A DNA stretch of 64,000 bases from Candidatus Bathyarchaeota archaeon (GCA_963775685.1 CAVZJV010000011.1:27546-91545); one strand, 5' to 3'; counted from the stretch's first letter, positions 31,801-41,074 are shown. Translations and numbers: made by a program. The notes: generated from the sequence alone by a model not told the origin.

Positions 31801-34509
31801 GAGTTAGAAACCAATTGGCAAGACATCGTCTTTGTACTTGAATGGTGTAAAAAAGTGCAGACGGCGTTCGCCGATATTCCTGTACCGCAAGCTTTCGCAG
31901 ATCTCGCTGCTCAAGGACTCACTGCAGCGCCCTCAAGCTTAGAGCTGACCCAAAGAAGAGATGATGCGCTGGAGGGTTTGGCTGATTTTGAGCGACGCTT
32001 TGAAACTGAAATCAAGTACCAAAACCAGTTTCTGAAAGATTTAGAAATCAAGATCATATGCGAACGAATTCAAGTCCTTAGAGACCGCGTGGACGATTTG
32101 CAGGTTTGGATTGACTTTAAAGATGCCAAAAATCGTTTTGCGCTAAGAAATCTTGATCCGTTCTTTGGTCGTTTAGTTGAACAACATATTGTAGCAGCCG
32201 ACTTAGGTGATGTCTTCCGAAAAAGCGTTTACCAGGAATGGATAAACAACCTCTACAGCGAAGATCTTAAATTGGGCAAGTTCCGTCGCGAGAACCATGA
32301 GCAGCTAATCGCGGATTTTCGAAAACTAGATCAAGAACTAATTCACCTCTCTTCCAGTATGGTGATTGAATCCGCTAACCGCAGAAAACCTCAAAACATC
32401 CTCATCCAGGCGGCCGATTCAGAAGCCAGCATTCTGCTAAAAGAAGCTGCCAAAAAAAGGCGACTAATGCCAATCCGTACTCTAATGCAAAAGATGCCGA
32501 ATCTGCTAGTAAAGCTCAAACCCTGTCTCTTGATGAGCCCCATCTCGGTAAGCCAGTTCCTTTCCCCGGACAAAAAATTCGATCTGGTCCTTTTCGATGA
32601 AGCCTCGCAGGTTGTTCCCGAAGACGCCATTGGAGCAATCTACCGGGGAAAAACCCTTGTGGTTGCGGGCGATAACAAGCAGTTGCCGCCAACATCTTTT
32701 TTTCAGAAAAATCTAATCGGCGACGTTAATTGGGACGAACTAAGCGATGACGACATTGAAGTGTTCGACAGCATCCTTGACGAGTGCTTGGGCATCGGGT
32801 TGCCTGTTAAAACTTTGAGATGGCACTATCGTAGTAAACATGAAGAACTAATCGCGTTTTCCAACTACCGTTTCTACGATGATACCATGATAACCTTCCC
32901 AGCAGCTAAAAACCAGACTGATGGTTTAGGTGTAAAGCTCGTCTTTGTACAAGACGGTATTTATGATCGTGGAGGCTCAAGAAATAACCTCAAAGAAGCA
33001 GAAAGAGTCACTGACCTTGTATTTGAGCACTTTAAAAACCACCCAAAAAAAACCATTGGAGTTGTAACATTCAGCATCGCACAGATGAATGCTGTTGCGG
33101 AAGTCATAGACCGCCGGCGCAAAGAGCAGCCGGATTTTGAGTCCTTCTTCAAAGAAGACCGTCTAGAAGGCTTTTTTGTGAAGAACCTTGAAAATGTTCA
33201 GGGTGACGAACGTGACGTCATATTCTTCAGCGTCGGTTATGGCTTTGACCAGCAAGGACAAATGACTATGAACTTTGGACCCTTAAATAAGCCAGGCGGC
33301 GAACGTCGCTTGAACGTTGCTGTCACGCGCGCACGGGAAAAAGTTGTTTTGATTACCTCTATTCATGGCAGCGACATCGATAAGGAGGCCCAAGCATTGG
33401 GAGTACAGACTTTGCGCTCCTACCTTGATTACGCTGAGCGTGGACCAGAAACCCTCCAATCAGGTAAATGTAAAGCTGGCACATTTGATTCAGCCTTAGA
33501 CGACGATGTTGCAGCCGAAATCAAGAAGATGGGTTATGAAGTTGTTCCCGAAGTGGGATGCAGCGGCTTCAGAATTGACATTGGAGTCGTTGATCCAGTT
33601 AACGTAGGCAATTTCTTGCTTGGTGTAGAATGTGACGGCGTTACCTACAAATCCAGCAGTAGCGCTCGAGACCGCGATCGACTACGCGAACAGGTCTTAC
33701 GCCAACTGGGTTGGCATATCCACCGCATCTGGTCACCCTCATGGGTTGCAAGACGCGACTCAGAAATAAGGCGTCTAAAAGAAACCCTCGAACAAGCTCA
33801 AAAAACCCAGCTCGAAAAAGACGCCCAAAACCCTATAATCGACATCAAAGAAGGTTCAGCGCCCCAAACAGACATCCAAAAAAACAAATTTGCCGGAATC
33901 GAAAAAATCGGAGTTCCCTACATAATATACCCGCTAAAAGCCATTTACCGTCCCTACATCAAAATCGCCACAAACAAAGCCATCTACGACTCCAAACAGA
34001 AAAACCAGTTTCACTTCTCAGAAAACAGAGAAGAACAAACCAAACTCCTTTCCGAACTAATCCAAAACGAAGGACCCGTCCATTTTGACTACGCAGTTGA
34101 ACGATTATCGACTGCATGGGGCATAAAACAGGTAACCCCGAAAATTGCTCACGCAGTAAAAGAAGCATTAAACAACTTGATTAGGGAACAGAAAGTGACA
34201 ATCAGGGGCAGTTTTCTTTGGCCTGTTGGACTAAAAGAAACAACCGTTCGGGTTCCAATGCAGGGGGTTCCAGAATCCAGACGTAAACCCGAGTACATTG
34301 TACCTGAAGAAGTCGAATCAGCTATGACCACAGTTGCCCAGTATGCTTTAGGGATAAGTGCTGATTCTCTGGTTGCAGAAACAGCTAAAGTTTTCGGGTT
34401 AAATCATTCCGGCGAAGAAGCCAGAGTGGTGTTCTCTGAAGTGTTCAAGCGGTTGATTAGGGAAAGAAAGCTCTTCTGCAAAGAAGACGGCGTCGTTACT
34501 GTTGCTTAA
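28840..34509 (+). CDS. DUF4011 / SF1 helicase / Vsr-like endonuclease / DUF3320 protein (Hhe-like)
   Basis: WKARLIDLSRKNNLL, GPPGTGKSQT, FDEASQ, GDNKQLPP, WHYRS, VQGDERD, RLNVAVTRAR, VECDG..RDRDRLR..LGWHIHRIWS. Confidence 0.88.
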   Translation: MTEITPSLPMKRIEDWKARLIDLSRKNNLLYFYRGKRGNLPITQPDMQRVFDGLVLKKHRLEFWQPPEETKKVEHLEKTKGRGEGKAVKARAKTVQPEVKAAQTEEPKRPTANQLLSGSLSRIDLERDLKNLERRSLLYYMERGVRILHVAFGTLNWIDAETKENVQSPLILVPIELSKVTIMQPYSIVVPPVEDEVVLNPALLAKLKNDYKIELPPLPEEWEEKKLADYFKLLDEAVAEMGWKTAPSVDLGLFSFQKLVIYKDLESNALLATQHPIIKAIAGVKEDSLILNGLPDEKDVDKIETPAKTYQVLDADSSQRVSIEYALRGQSFVMEGPPGTGKSQTIANIIAECIANGKSVLFVSDKMAALEVVYKRLSEVGLAHFCLELHSSKANKQQVVAELKRSLDENLVPRKLPSAHEFERMIEYREALNGYVTALHEKRQYLQRSVYDVLGILSSLERVPFVAVGLTELGTLTPQKMHELEELVSQLSKVWQVIEEPDFPWLGYRADTYNLEIRSELLTTLVGINQTFRGLQFEVEGFSASLGVSPPETFTRIKWLLDVSKLLSESPKPEACWLTNLDVGNLLDEAKNYLETSIWIKFTRVSLMERYNLSLFILALNRSAEIQQAVNNLGKMLPSVNVETGVLLAKREKLLSYLRSTQLATHKWCETSQALAQLLGLDGADLTVTQLKQLSRMAILCFANDKPEPQWFDAKYFEQVQATVSKAKLLYQEYNLIKSRLDQIYSDALFDMDLDGLIERYSGEYQSGLKIFNSTYRKDQKQIAQIANEGKVPKEILNDLVDAGKVKKLREKIEKEAETVRTLLGHFYRKTGTDFQGAEKAIALTDEIKKLSWATQIPEKLLAIITNSSSPSPMIKNLGLELQESVDKWELQGKDLESLFPVGLPRSDASITWTPLSLLEEWTNETEKLLSALCTLTKDTLVTSKQEPKTFKQLIGDLKSSEEIRKKEAQIVGEKVQLQAKFGSRFQELETNWQDIVFVLEWCKKVQTAFADIPVPQAFADLAAQGLTAAPSSLELTQRRDDALEGLADFERRFETEIKYQNQFLKDLEIKIICERIQVLRDRVDDLQVWIDFKDAKNRFALRNLDPFFGRLVEQHIVAADLGDVFRKSVYQEWINNLYSEDLKLGKFRRENHEQLIADFRKLDQELIHLSSSMVIESANRRKPQNILIQAADSEASILLKEAAKKRRLMPIRTLMQKMPNLLVKLKPCLLMSPISVSQFLSPDKKFDLVLFDEASQVVPEDAIGAIYRGKTLVVAGDNKQLPPTSFFQKNLIGDVNWDELSDDDIEVFDSILDECLGIGLPVKTLRWHYRSKHEELIAFSNYRFYDDTMITFPAAKNQTDGLGVKLVFVQDGIYDRGGSRNNLKEAERVTDLVFEHFKNHPKKTIGVVTFSIAQMNAVAEVIDRRRKEQPDFESFFKEDRLEGFFVKNLENVQGDERDVIFFSVGYGFDQQGQMTMNFGPLNKPGGERRLNVAVTRAREKVVLITSIHGSDIDKEAQALGVQTLRSYLDYAERGPETLQSGKCKAGTFDSALDDDVAAEIKKMGYEVVPEVGCSGFRIDIGVVDPVNVGNFLLGVECDGVTYKSSSSARDRDRLREQVLRQLGWHIHRIWSPSWVARRDSEIRRLKETLEQAQKTQLEKDAQNPIIDIKEGSAPQTDIQKNKFAGIEKIGVPYIIYPLKAIYRPYIKIATNKAIYDSKQKNQFHFSENREEQTKLLSELIQNEGPVHFDYAVERLSTAWGIKQVTPKIAHAVKEALNNLIREQKVTIRGSFLWPVGLKETTVRVPMQGVPESRRKPEYIVPEEVESAMTTVAQYALGISADSLVAETAKVFGLNHSGEEARVVFSEVFKRLIRERKLFCKEDGVVTVA

Positions 34510-35266
34510 TTTCCTCATTTATTTTCTTTATTAGAATTGGCAAATCGGTTAGCGATGTTATTAAATAATTTGCGCCGTTGTCCATCAATTGTTCAGTTGT
34601 GGATAAACCCGTTATTAACCCAACAGCAACGGCTTTTAGCTCTAAGGCACTTTGCATGTCAACAGTGCTGTCCCCAATTATCAGTGCGTCTTTGGGGCGA
34701 ACATCTAAGATTTTGAGCGCTAATTCAAACTGTTCGGTATGAGGCTTTACATACTTCACTTTGTCGCGAGGAACAACAACTTTGAAATAGCTGTCAATTT
34801 TGAATCGTTGAAGAATATATTTGGCTGCTCTTTCGCTGTTTGTCGTGCATAAACCAATTTTCAGGTTCATCTTATGCAGGTCTTTGAGTGTTTCAATCGC
34901 GCCGGTGAGCAAACTGGTTGATTCGGCGGCTTCCATCTCGTATTTTTCAGCAATGACTAATGCGCGGGATCGCAGTTCTTCAAAGGCTTCTGTTGATTTG
35001 GAGCTGTTTTTAACGAAAATTTCGGTTTTCTTTAGCATTTCAAAAATGCTCTCGTTTACTTCTAAAACGGAGATTGGGACACGCATACTTATTAGGAAGC
35101 TTCTGACCTCTGAGCGTAAAGCTTTGAAATCCAAGTTGAAATTTGCAAGAGTTCCATCTAAATCAAATATTACCGCTTGTATAGCCAAACTGTCAGCTCC
35201 GTTTTTCTGTGATAGGTTTGGGGTTAACACTTCGCTAACAGAAATATACCTTGCGGTAAGTGCCAT
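34496..35266 (-). CDS. HAD-superfamily hydrolase (phosphoglycolate phosphatase-like)
   Basis: FDLDGTL, CTTN, KPH, IGDSTVD. Confidence 0.9.
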   Translation of the reverse strand: MALTARYISVSEVLTPNLSQKNGADSLAIQAVIFDLDGTLANFNLDFKALRSEVRSFLISMRVPISVLEVNESIFEMLKKTEIFVKNSSKSTEAFEELRSRALVIAEKYEMEAAESTSLLTGAIETLKDLHKMNLKIGLCTTNSERAAKYILQRFKIDSYFKVVVPRDKVKYVKPHTEQFELALKILDVRPKDALIIGDSTVDMQSALELKAVAVGLITGLSTTEQLMDNGANYLITSLTDLPILIKKINEEIKQQ

Positions 35267-35276
35267 CCCAACGGCA

Positions 35277-36248
35277 TTACTGCTTTATGACAACTTTCAA
35301 AGGCTTCTCAGCTGGACTATCCGCCGTCTGCAATGCCTTCTCAAATTCCTCTAACTTGAACCGATGCGTTATAAGACCCTTAACATCCACAAGTTTTCGG
35401 GCAATTAACTCAACTGCCGCTGGGTACTCGACAGGTGAAATGTAAATCGTAAAAAAAGTGGCTTCATCTGCATCCTCTAAGTTCAAATAGCCTTTAGATT
35501 CACCCACCAGTGCGACTTTGCCTGCTTTTCTTACCAAAAAAGGCGTTTGTTCCACCGCCTGCGTGGTTCCTGCAGCTTCAATCACAAAGTCAGATCCCAA
35601 TTTGGTTAGTTTGCGTATAGTTTTTCGTACATCCTCTTTTTTAGCATTTATAATCGCGTCGGGGCCGTATTTTTCTGCGAGTTCCAGTCTATAATCCTCC
35701 AAATCCACCGCGATGACTCGGCAACCCTTCATCAAAGCGATTTGCGTCATGAGTAAGCCAATTGCTCCTTGTCCTAGTACGGTAACCCAGTCGCCCAGAT
35801 TTGGTTGCAAGTTATTTAATACTCGAAGTGCCAAAGCTACTGGTTCCACTATGGCAGCTTCTTCGTCGCTAACATTGGAGGGGAGGCGAATGAGGCTTCG
35901 AGGGAGCATCACTTTAGATTCGGCGAAGAAACCGTCTCTTGTTAAACCATAAAATTTTCCGCGTGCGCAGTAGGTTGGTAGTCCTCGGAGGCAGAAGTAG
36001 CAGTGTCCACAGTTTACTATAGGAACCATAACAACACGCTCGCCCGTGTCTTCCCTGACTCCGCAGGCATCATGCCCAATGATTCTGCCTTTTTTCATCC
36101 ATTTCCAGTCGCCCCTGTAAAAGTGCATGTCGGTTCCGCATATACTCCCAGCCGCAAACTTCACAAGCACTCGGTTTCCTTTGACTTCAGGTTCAGGAGC
36201 GTTTTCGATTTTAATGGCGTGTGATCCACGATAAACAGCGACTTTCAA
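35277..36248 (-). CDS. zinc-dependent medium-chain alcohol dehydrogenase
   Basis: ICGTDMH, GHD, CGHCYFC..C, GQGAIG; likely TTG start at 36248. Confidence 0.9.
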   Translation of the reverse strand: MKVAVYRGSHAIKIENAPEPEVKGNRVLVKFAAGSICGTDMHFYRGDWKWMKKGRIIGHDACGVREDTGERVVMVPIVNCGHCYFCLRGLPTYCARGKFYGLTRDGFFAESKVMLPRSLIRLPSNVSDEEAAIVEPVALALRVLNNLQPNLGDWVTVLGQGAIGLLMTQIALMKGCRVIAVDLEDYRLELAEKYGPDAIINAKKEDVRKTIRKLTKLGSDFVIEAAGTTQAVEQTPFLVRKAGKVALVGESKGYLNLEDADEATFFTIYISPVEYPAAVELIARKLVDVKGLITHRFKLEEFEKALQTADSPAEKPLKVVIKQ

Positions 36249-36358
36249 AAGAGTCAACTCTAAGTAATTGAAAATGTTTTGGTGGAGTATTAAGTTTGTT
36301 GTACCGTTCTCAAACGTAGTTTGCGGTAAACTAATAACTCTTACCACACATCAAAAGG

Positions 36359-36571
36359 TTGATTCGCATGAACTTGGATGAATATACCAAAGAGAAACTC
36401 TGGCAGTTACTTGTCGAAGCGGTCCACGCATCCGTTATGTATCCGACTCATAAGGCTTACACCCGCGACAACGTATTGCCGCAGAAACCTGGTGTTTCGG
36501 CAAGTGAGCTTGCAGAAAGGTTGGGGATGCCCATTGGGGAAGCGATGGTAATTTTAAGTGAGTTATCATAA
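36359..36571 (+). CDS. small hypothetical protein with HTH-like C-terminus
   Basis: SASELAERLGMPIGEA. Confidence 0.6.
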   Translation: MIRMNLDEYTKEKLWQLLVEAVHASVMYPTHKAYTRDNVLPQKPGVSASELAERLGMPIGEAMVILSELS

Positions 36572-36648
36572 GAAAGGAAATAATTGGGCTTGAAGCATTT
36601 TTTGACCTTGTTTTTGCTATTGATATGTGGTTTAAAGTGCTTCCTATT

Positions 36649-36672
36649 CGATATGCTTAAATATGCATAACG
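36649..36672. promoter_or_regulatory. ModE-like operator overlapping the tupA TATA box
   Basis: CGATATGC-TTAAATAT-GCATAACG: 8-bp arms with one mismatch, ending 16 bp before the tupA start. Confidence 0.6.
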
Positions 36673-36687
36673 CATCAAAGGAAAACA

Positions 36688-37857
36688 GTGAAAAAAATGA
36701 AGAAAGCTACCACCCTACTGACAGTAGTACTCATAATTGTGATTGTAACAGCGATAGGTGCTTACGCTTACCTGCAAAGTACACATCAGACCTCATATTC
36801 ACCTACAACATTAACTGTTGCAACTACCACTAGCCTTCATGACACAGGACTCGAAGATAACGGAACGGGTAACATAAAAGATGCTTTCCAATCTAAATAC
36901 CCATGGATAACGGTTAATTTTGTTGCATTGGGAACAGGTGCCGCAATAGCACAAGCTCAGAGAGGCGGTGCAGACATGATACTGGTTCATTCGCCTTCCC
37001 AAGAGAAGAATTTCTTGAGTGGCGGCTACGGAGTTGACCGCAAAATTGTTGCCTTTAACTTCTTTATCATCGTTGGACCTACAAATGACCCTGCCCATAT
37101 CAGCGGAATGAGTAATGTATCTGAAGCTTTATTGGCCGTATACAATGCTGCTCAAACCGACAGCAACATTAAGTGGGTCTCAAGAAACGACGGTTCAGGT
37201 ACAAACACTGCAGAAATAAATCTTTGGAAGGCCGCCGGTTACACCTATGCTGACCTTACCCAACAGACTTCATGGTTCAAATCAACAGGTCAAGGCATGG
37301 GCGCCAGTTTGCTAGTGGCTGACCAATTGGACGGGTACATCTTAGCAGATACAGGAACATACCTAGCATATTATAACGCAGGCAACATCCAATTAACAAC
37401 AACGATTCAAGCCCAACGATCACTGCTAAACGTGTACAGCGCCATAATTGACAACCCCCAAAACGCCAACTTGACCAGCATAAATTTTGATGCCGCCATG
37501 ACGTTCGTAAACTATCTAGTTTCCAATGAGGGTCAACAGTTATTTGCAAACTATGGAGTATCGACTTATGGACAGCAACTTTTCAGCCCATTTGTGCCCT
37601 TAGCTACCGGAACTGCGGCCAATGGTACGCTACTGACTTGGGTTCAAAACTACGCGTACATCAATGGAACCGAATGTCCAGCTGCATACCGATACAACGC
37701 AGAAGACCTATATTTGCCATCATATGATACACTGGCAAGCAGTAACCTTGGGGCTTCAATCAGCGTTCCCAACTATTACTCAACAGGCGGACAACAAGTT
37801 GCGCTCGCTGCTCCATCTATACCCACTCTAAGTAACGTTAAATTAAACAAGGTATAG
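36688..37857 (+). CDS. tupA: tungstate ABC transporter substrate-binding protein
   Basis: N-terminal anchor, ATTTSLHDTGL, GTGAAI, LVHSP, SRNDGSGT, GQGMG. Confidence 0.9.
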   Translation: MKKMKKATTLLTVVLIIVIVTAIGAYAYLQSTHQTSYSPTTLTVATTTSLHDTGLEDNGTGNIKDAFQSKYPWITVNFVALGTGAAIAQAQRGGADMILVHSPSQEKNFLSGGYGVDRKIVAFNFFIIVGPTNDPAHISGMSNVSEALLAVYNAAQTDSNIKWVSRNDGSGTNTAEINLWKAAGYTYADLTQQTSWFKSTGQGMGASLLVADQLDGYILADTGTYLAYYNAGNIQLTTTIQAQRSLLNVYSAIIDNPQNANLTSINFDAAMTFVNYLVSNEGQQLFANYGVSTYGQQLFSPFVPLATGTAANGTLLTWVQNYAYINGTECPAAYRYNAEDLYLPSYDTLASSNLGASISVPNYYSTGGQQVALAAPSIPTLSNVKLNKV

Positions 37858-37907
37858 GTCAAAGAAAAAGCTCAAATAAACTTCCCTTTATTTTCTTTGT
37901 GATATGC

Positions 37908-38664
37908 ATGGCCGATATTATCGTCCAGTCTTTACAGCAAGCATTCAACTTAATTATAAGCGGCGACCCTGAATTTTACGCCACCGTTTACCGAACAATC
38001 TACGTCTCAGGCGTTGGAACACTATTGGCATGTACTTGGAGTATTCCTATTGCGGTAGTTTTAGGGTTGTATTCTTTTAGGGGGAAATGGTTCATCAAAG
38101 GCCTCTTTAATGCGCTGATAGGTATTCCTACGGTTGCTCTAGGTTTAATCTTGTTCTTACTTTTGTCGCGACAGGGTGAATTCGGCTTTCTCCACATGCT
38201 TTACACTCTTAACGGGATAGCAATTGGCCAAGCTTTGCTCGTGACGCCGATAATAGTAAGTTTCACCGCTAAAGCATTGGGAGCTGCAGATACTCAGCTC
38301 AGAGATTTAGCTAGAACTCTTGGCGCATCAGATTTCAGGACTAATCTAACTTTTGATTCGCGAGATCGTTTGGTCTATGGTGCTTTCTGTTACGGTTGCC
38401 TTCAATAGGGGCTTTGGAGAACTCGGTGTAGCCACAATCGTAGGTGGTAGTTTGATTGGCGAAACAAGGGTACTAACCACTTCCATTGCCCTTCAAATAA
38501 ACTTTGGGCGATTCGACCTTGCCATGGCTTACGCAATTGTCCTTATGACAATCGTAATTGCACTAGCTTTAACCATAAGCCTAATCGAGCGTGTAAGAAA
38601 CGAGGACATATCATTGAGTGAACTGGTTTTTTGGAGAGGTTTAAAGGGGAAGTTAGAAACTTGA
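37908..38664 (+). pseudogene. tupB: tungstate ABC permease, single frameshift near 38351-38354 (T run)
   Basis: LIGIPTVALGL..LLSRQG in one ORF, FNRGFGELG..VGG..TRVLTTSIAL in the next frame. Confidence 0.85.
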
Positions 38665-39377
38665 GCGTTAACTTGCAAATATTAGACCTGCAAAAGATCT
38701 ACCAATCCACAAAAGCCCTAAAATCAGTATCCTTAAACCTTCAAGGCAACAAAATAATAGTCCTCCTCGGAGTAAACGGTGCAGGCAAAACCACCCTCAT
38801 GCGTATCTTGGCTGGTTTAGAGAAATCTGACTGTGGAAAAATCCTCTTCAACAACCAAAATATAAACGCTAAAGCTTTGCGCCAGGTATCAACCTTGGTT
38901 TTTCAGAAGACAGCAATGTTCAGCCTCAACGTTTATGGCAACTTGGCGTTTGGGCTTAAAATCAGAAATGTTTCTGAAGAACAAATTCCCAAAAGGGTAA
39001 GCGAGGCGTTGCAAGCTGTTAGGCTTTCTGGGTTTGAGAAAAGACGCGCAAAGAAACTTTCAGGGGGCGAACAACAGAGAATTGCTTTGGATAGGGCGTT
39101 TTTGCTTGAGTCTCAAGTTTTGCTTTTGGATGAGCCCACTGCGAATTTAGATCCTAACAGTGCAATAATTATAGAGAAGGCAATTGTAAACCACAAAAAC
39201 AGCCAACGAATTATAATAATGGCGACCCACAATCTTAACCAAGCAAGACGCATGGCTGATGAAATTGTCCACATCCATAATCGAGAAGTGGTAGAAGCTG
39301 CTAAAGCATTGGATTTCTTTGAAAATCCCAAAAGCGATATAACCCGCAAATTCATCAATGGCGAATTAGATTTCTAA
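38661..39377 (+). CDS. tupC: tungstate ABC transporter ATPase
   Basis: GVNGAGKT, LSGGEQQR, LLLDEPTANLDP. Confidence 0.9.
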   Translation: MSVNLQILDLQKIYQSTKALKSVSLNLQGNKIIVLLGVNGAGKTTLMRILAGLEKSDCGKILFNNQNINAKALRQVSTLVFQKTAMFSLNVYGNLAFGLKIRNVSEEQIPKRVSEALQAVRLSGFEKRRAKKLSGGEQQRIALDRAFLLESQVLLLDEPTANLDPNSAIIIEKAIVNHKNSQRIIIMATHNLNQARRMADEIVHIHNREVVEAAKALDFFENPKSDITRKFINGELDF

Positions 39378-39650
39378 AGTTTATGCGGGCTTTCTTCAAT
39401 TGTTTAGTTATTTTTTAGACCCTTTATTTTTATGCATTAATTGCTGTTTTGGATGCTTTCACATCAAGATAGCACTTTTTTCATCCTTTTCGGATGGTGA
39501 AAAGTGACAAGCGGCGCTTTGTGTTGATTGTTGTGCGGCAGGTGGTTTCACATAAAACTTCTATTTGAAAACAACCCTTATCCTACTTTAGAAACCAGCG
39601 ACTTCGCCTGCTCTTGCTGAGTACCTTTATATGGGTTTTGCCACATAACC

Positions 39651-40217
39651 ATGATTAGAATGCTTAGCAATAGAAAACATACGCTCTCATGCAAAGCCTG
39701 GATTGAAATCAAAGGAAAACCCATAATCGGCAAAGGCGGCGCAGAAATACTTGAAGCAATCGACAAGGAAAACTCGCTTTCTAAAGCAGCAGAAACGCTG
39801 GGGATGTCTTATCGTTACGTTTGGAATTACGTACAGGAAATCCAAACCGTGATGGAAGAGCAAATTGTTGACACATATAAGGGTGGCAAATCCGGCGGCG
39901 GCGGCGCAAAACTGACGGATTTGGGCAGAAGTTTGCTGGCAGAGTATAAGCAAGTTGAGACTTATTTGAGTAAGGCTTTATCTGTTCAAGGTAATTTGGA
40001 GGTGAATGGTTTGAAGTTAAGTGCACGCAATCAATTTAAGGGAAATGTTGTTGCCGTTGAAAAAGGTGTCATAACAGGCAAGGTTAAAGTTGAAATCAAG
40101 GTGCCGGCGACCATTACGGCTGTAATTACAAAAGAAGCCATTGAAGAATTAGACATTAAAGTAGGAGATGAAGTGTCTGCGATCGTGAAATCAACAGAGA
40201 TCATGATTGCAAAATAA
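39651..40217 (+). CDS. modE: ModE-family regulator (wHTH plus one TOBE/Mop domain)
   Basis: SLSKAAETLGMSYRYVW, GGKSGGGAKLT; C-terminal KLSARNQFKG...ITAVIT...AIVKST. Confidence 0.88.
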   Translation: MIRMLSNRKHTLSCKAWIEIKGKPIIGKGGAEILEAIDKENSLSKAAETLGMSYRYVWNYVQEIQTVMEEQIVDTYKGGKSGGGGAKLTDLGRSLLAEYKQVETYLSKALSVQGNLEVNGLKLSARNQFKGNVVAVEKGVITGKVKVEIKVPATITAVITKEAIEELDIKVGDEVSAIVKSTEIMIAK

Positions 40218-40227
40218 TTTTTTTATT

Positions 40228-40779
40228 TTATTCGACAACGTACCTGTAGGTTACATGTTCGCCTGCAGTTGTGCTTTTGCGGGTAATTTTCAGTACGTCG
40301 CCTGGTTTTGCACCTATCGCTTTGACGGCAGGGTCGCCTGATTTGATTTGTGGCATCTGGTAGGGTTTAACTTTGAATTGTGCAAGTAGTTGATTCTTTT
40401 CTTTTTCGGTTAAGATTTCGTGGAATGGGACAAGTGCATGTTCAAAGATGTCAAAGACTGGGAACGATTTGGGTAGTAACTCTACTTTTTTCTTCTTTGC
40501 ACCTAGTTTGACGGCGTGGGTGTAGCGTCCTTCGGTAACTACTATGGCGCGATCGAGTTCTTTTTCTTTCATCACTTTGTAGAGCGTATTCATGGCGGCG
40601 ATACCGACGGTGGCTTCGCCAAGGATGCACCAAACGATGGCTTTTTCTTTGTCTTGTGGAATGTCGATGATGTAGGCGTAGGCGCCTTCAAATTTTTCTT
40701 TTTCGATAAGCTTGTATTTTCTTAGTTTTATGAGAACTTCCGCTTTCCGTTCTTCGATTGTTTCCATTTTGGTGCTCAA
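40228..40779 (-). CDS. rpo5: RNA polymerase subunit Rpo5 (H) with about 100-aa N-terminal extra domain
   Basis: C-terminal [39 protein letters not shown]. Confidence 0.92.
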   Translation of the reverse strand: MSTKMETIEERKAEVLIKLRKYKLIEKEKFEGAYAYIIDIPQDKEKAIVWCILGEATVGIAAMNTLYKVMKEKELDRAIVVTEGRYTHAVKLGAKKKKVELLPKSFPVFDIFEHALVPFHEILTEKEKNQLLAQFKVKPYQMPQIKSGDPAVKAIGAKPGDVLKITRKSTTAGEHVTYRYVVE

Positions 40780-41025
40780 ACCACAAACCTCAAGGTAGAA
40801 TTACTCGCAACCTAAAACAAACATTTACCCTTAAACTTTATGGTGTACAAAACGTAAGACCGTGAACAACTTGGTTTTTATCTGGGCGAACTCTAAGTTA
40901 TTATGTATTTAGATGGGTTGATTCAAAGATTTTTGAGCTTCGTTTTTCTCTTTCGGATCGTTTTGACGGCGCTTTGTGTTATCATATTTTTTCTTTTTTA
41001 AGCAAAGTTTTTGCTAGGTTTGATT

Positions 41026-41074
41026 GTTACAACTGGTGTGCATTAAGTTGCAACAACAACAGCAACAACAACTT
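41026..41074 (+). repeat. dispersed CAA-rich intergenic element, copy 2
   Basis: GTTACAACTGGTGTGCA..AGTTGCAACAACAACAGCAACAACAACTT; 29 bp identical to copy 1. Confidence 0.85.
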
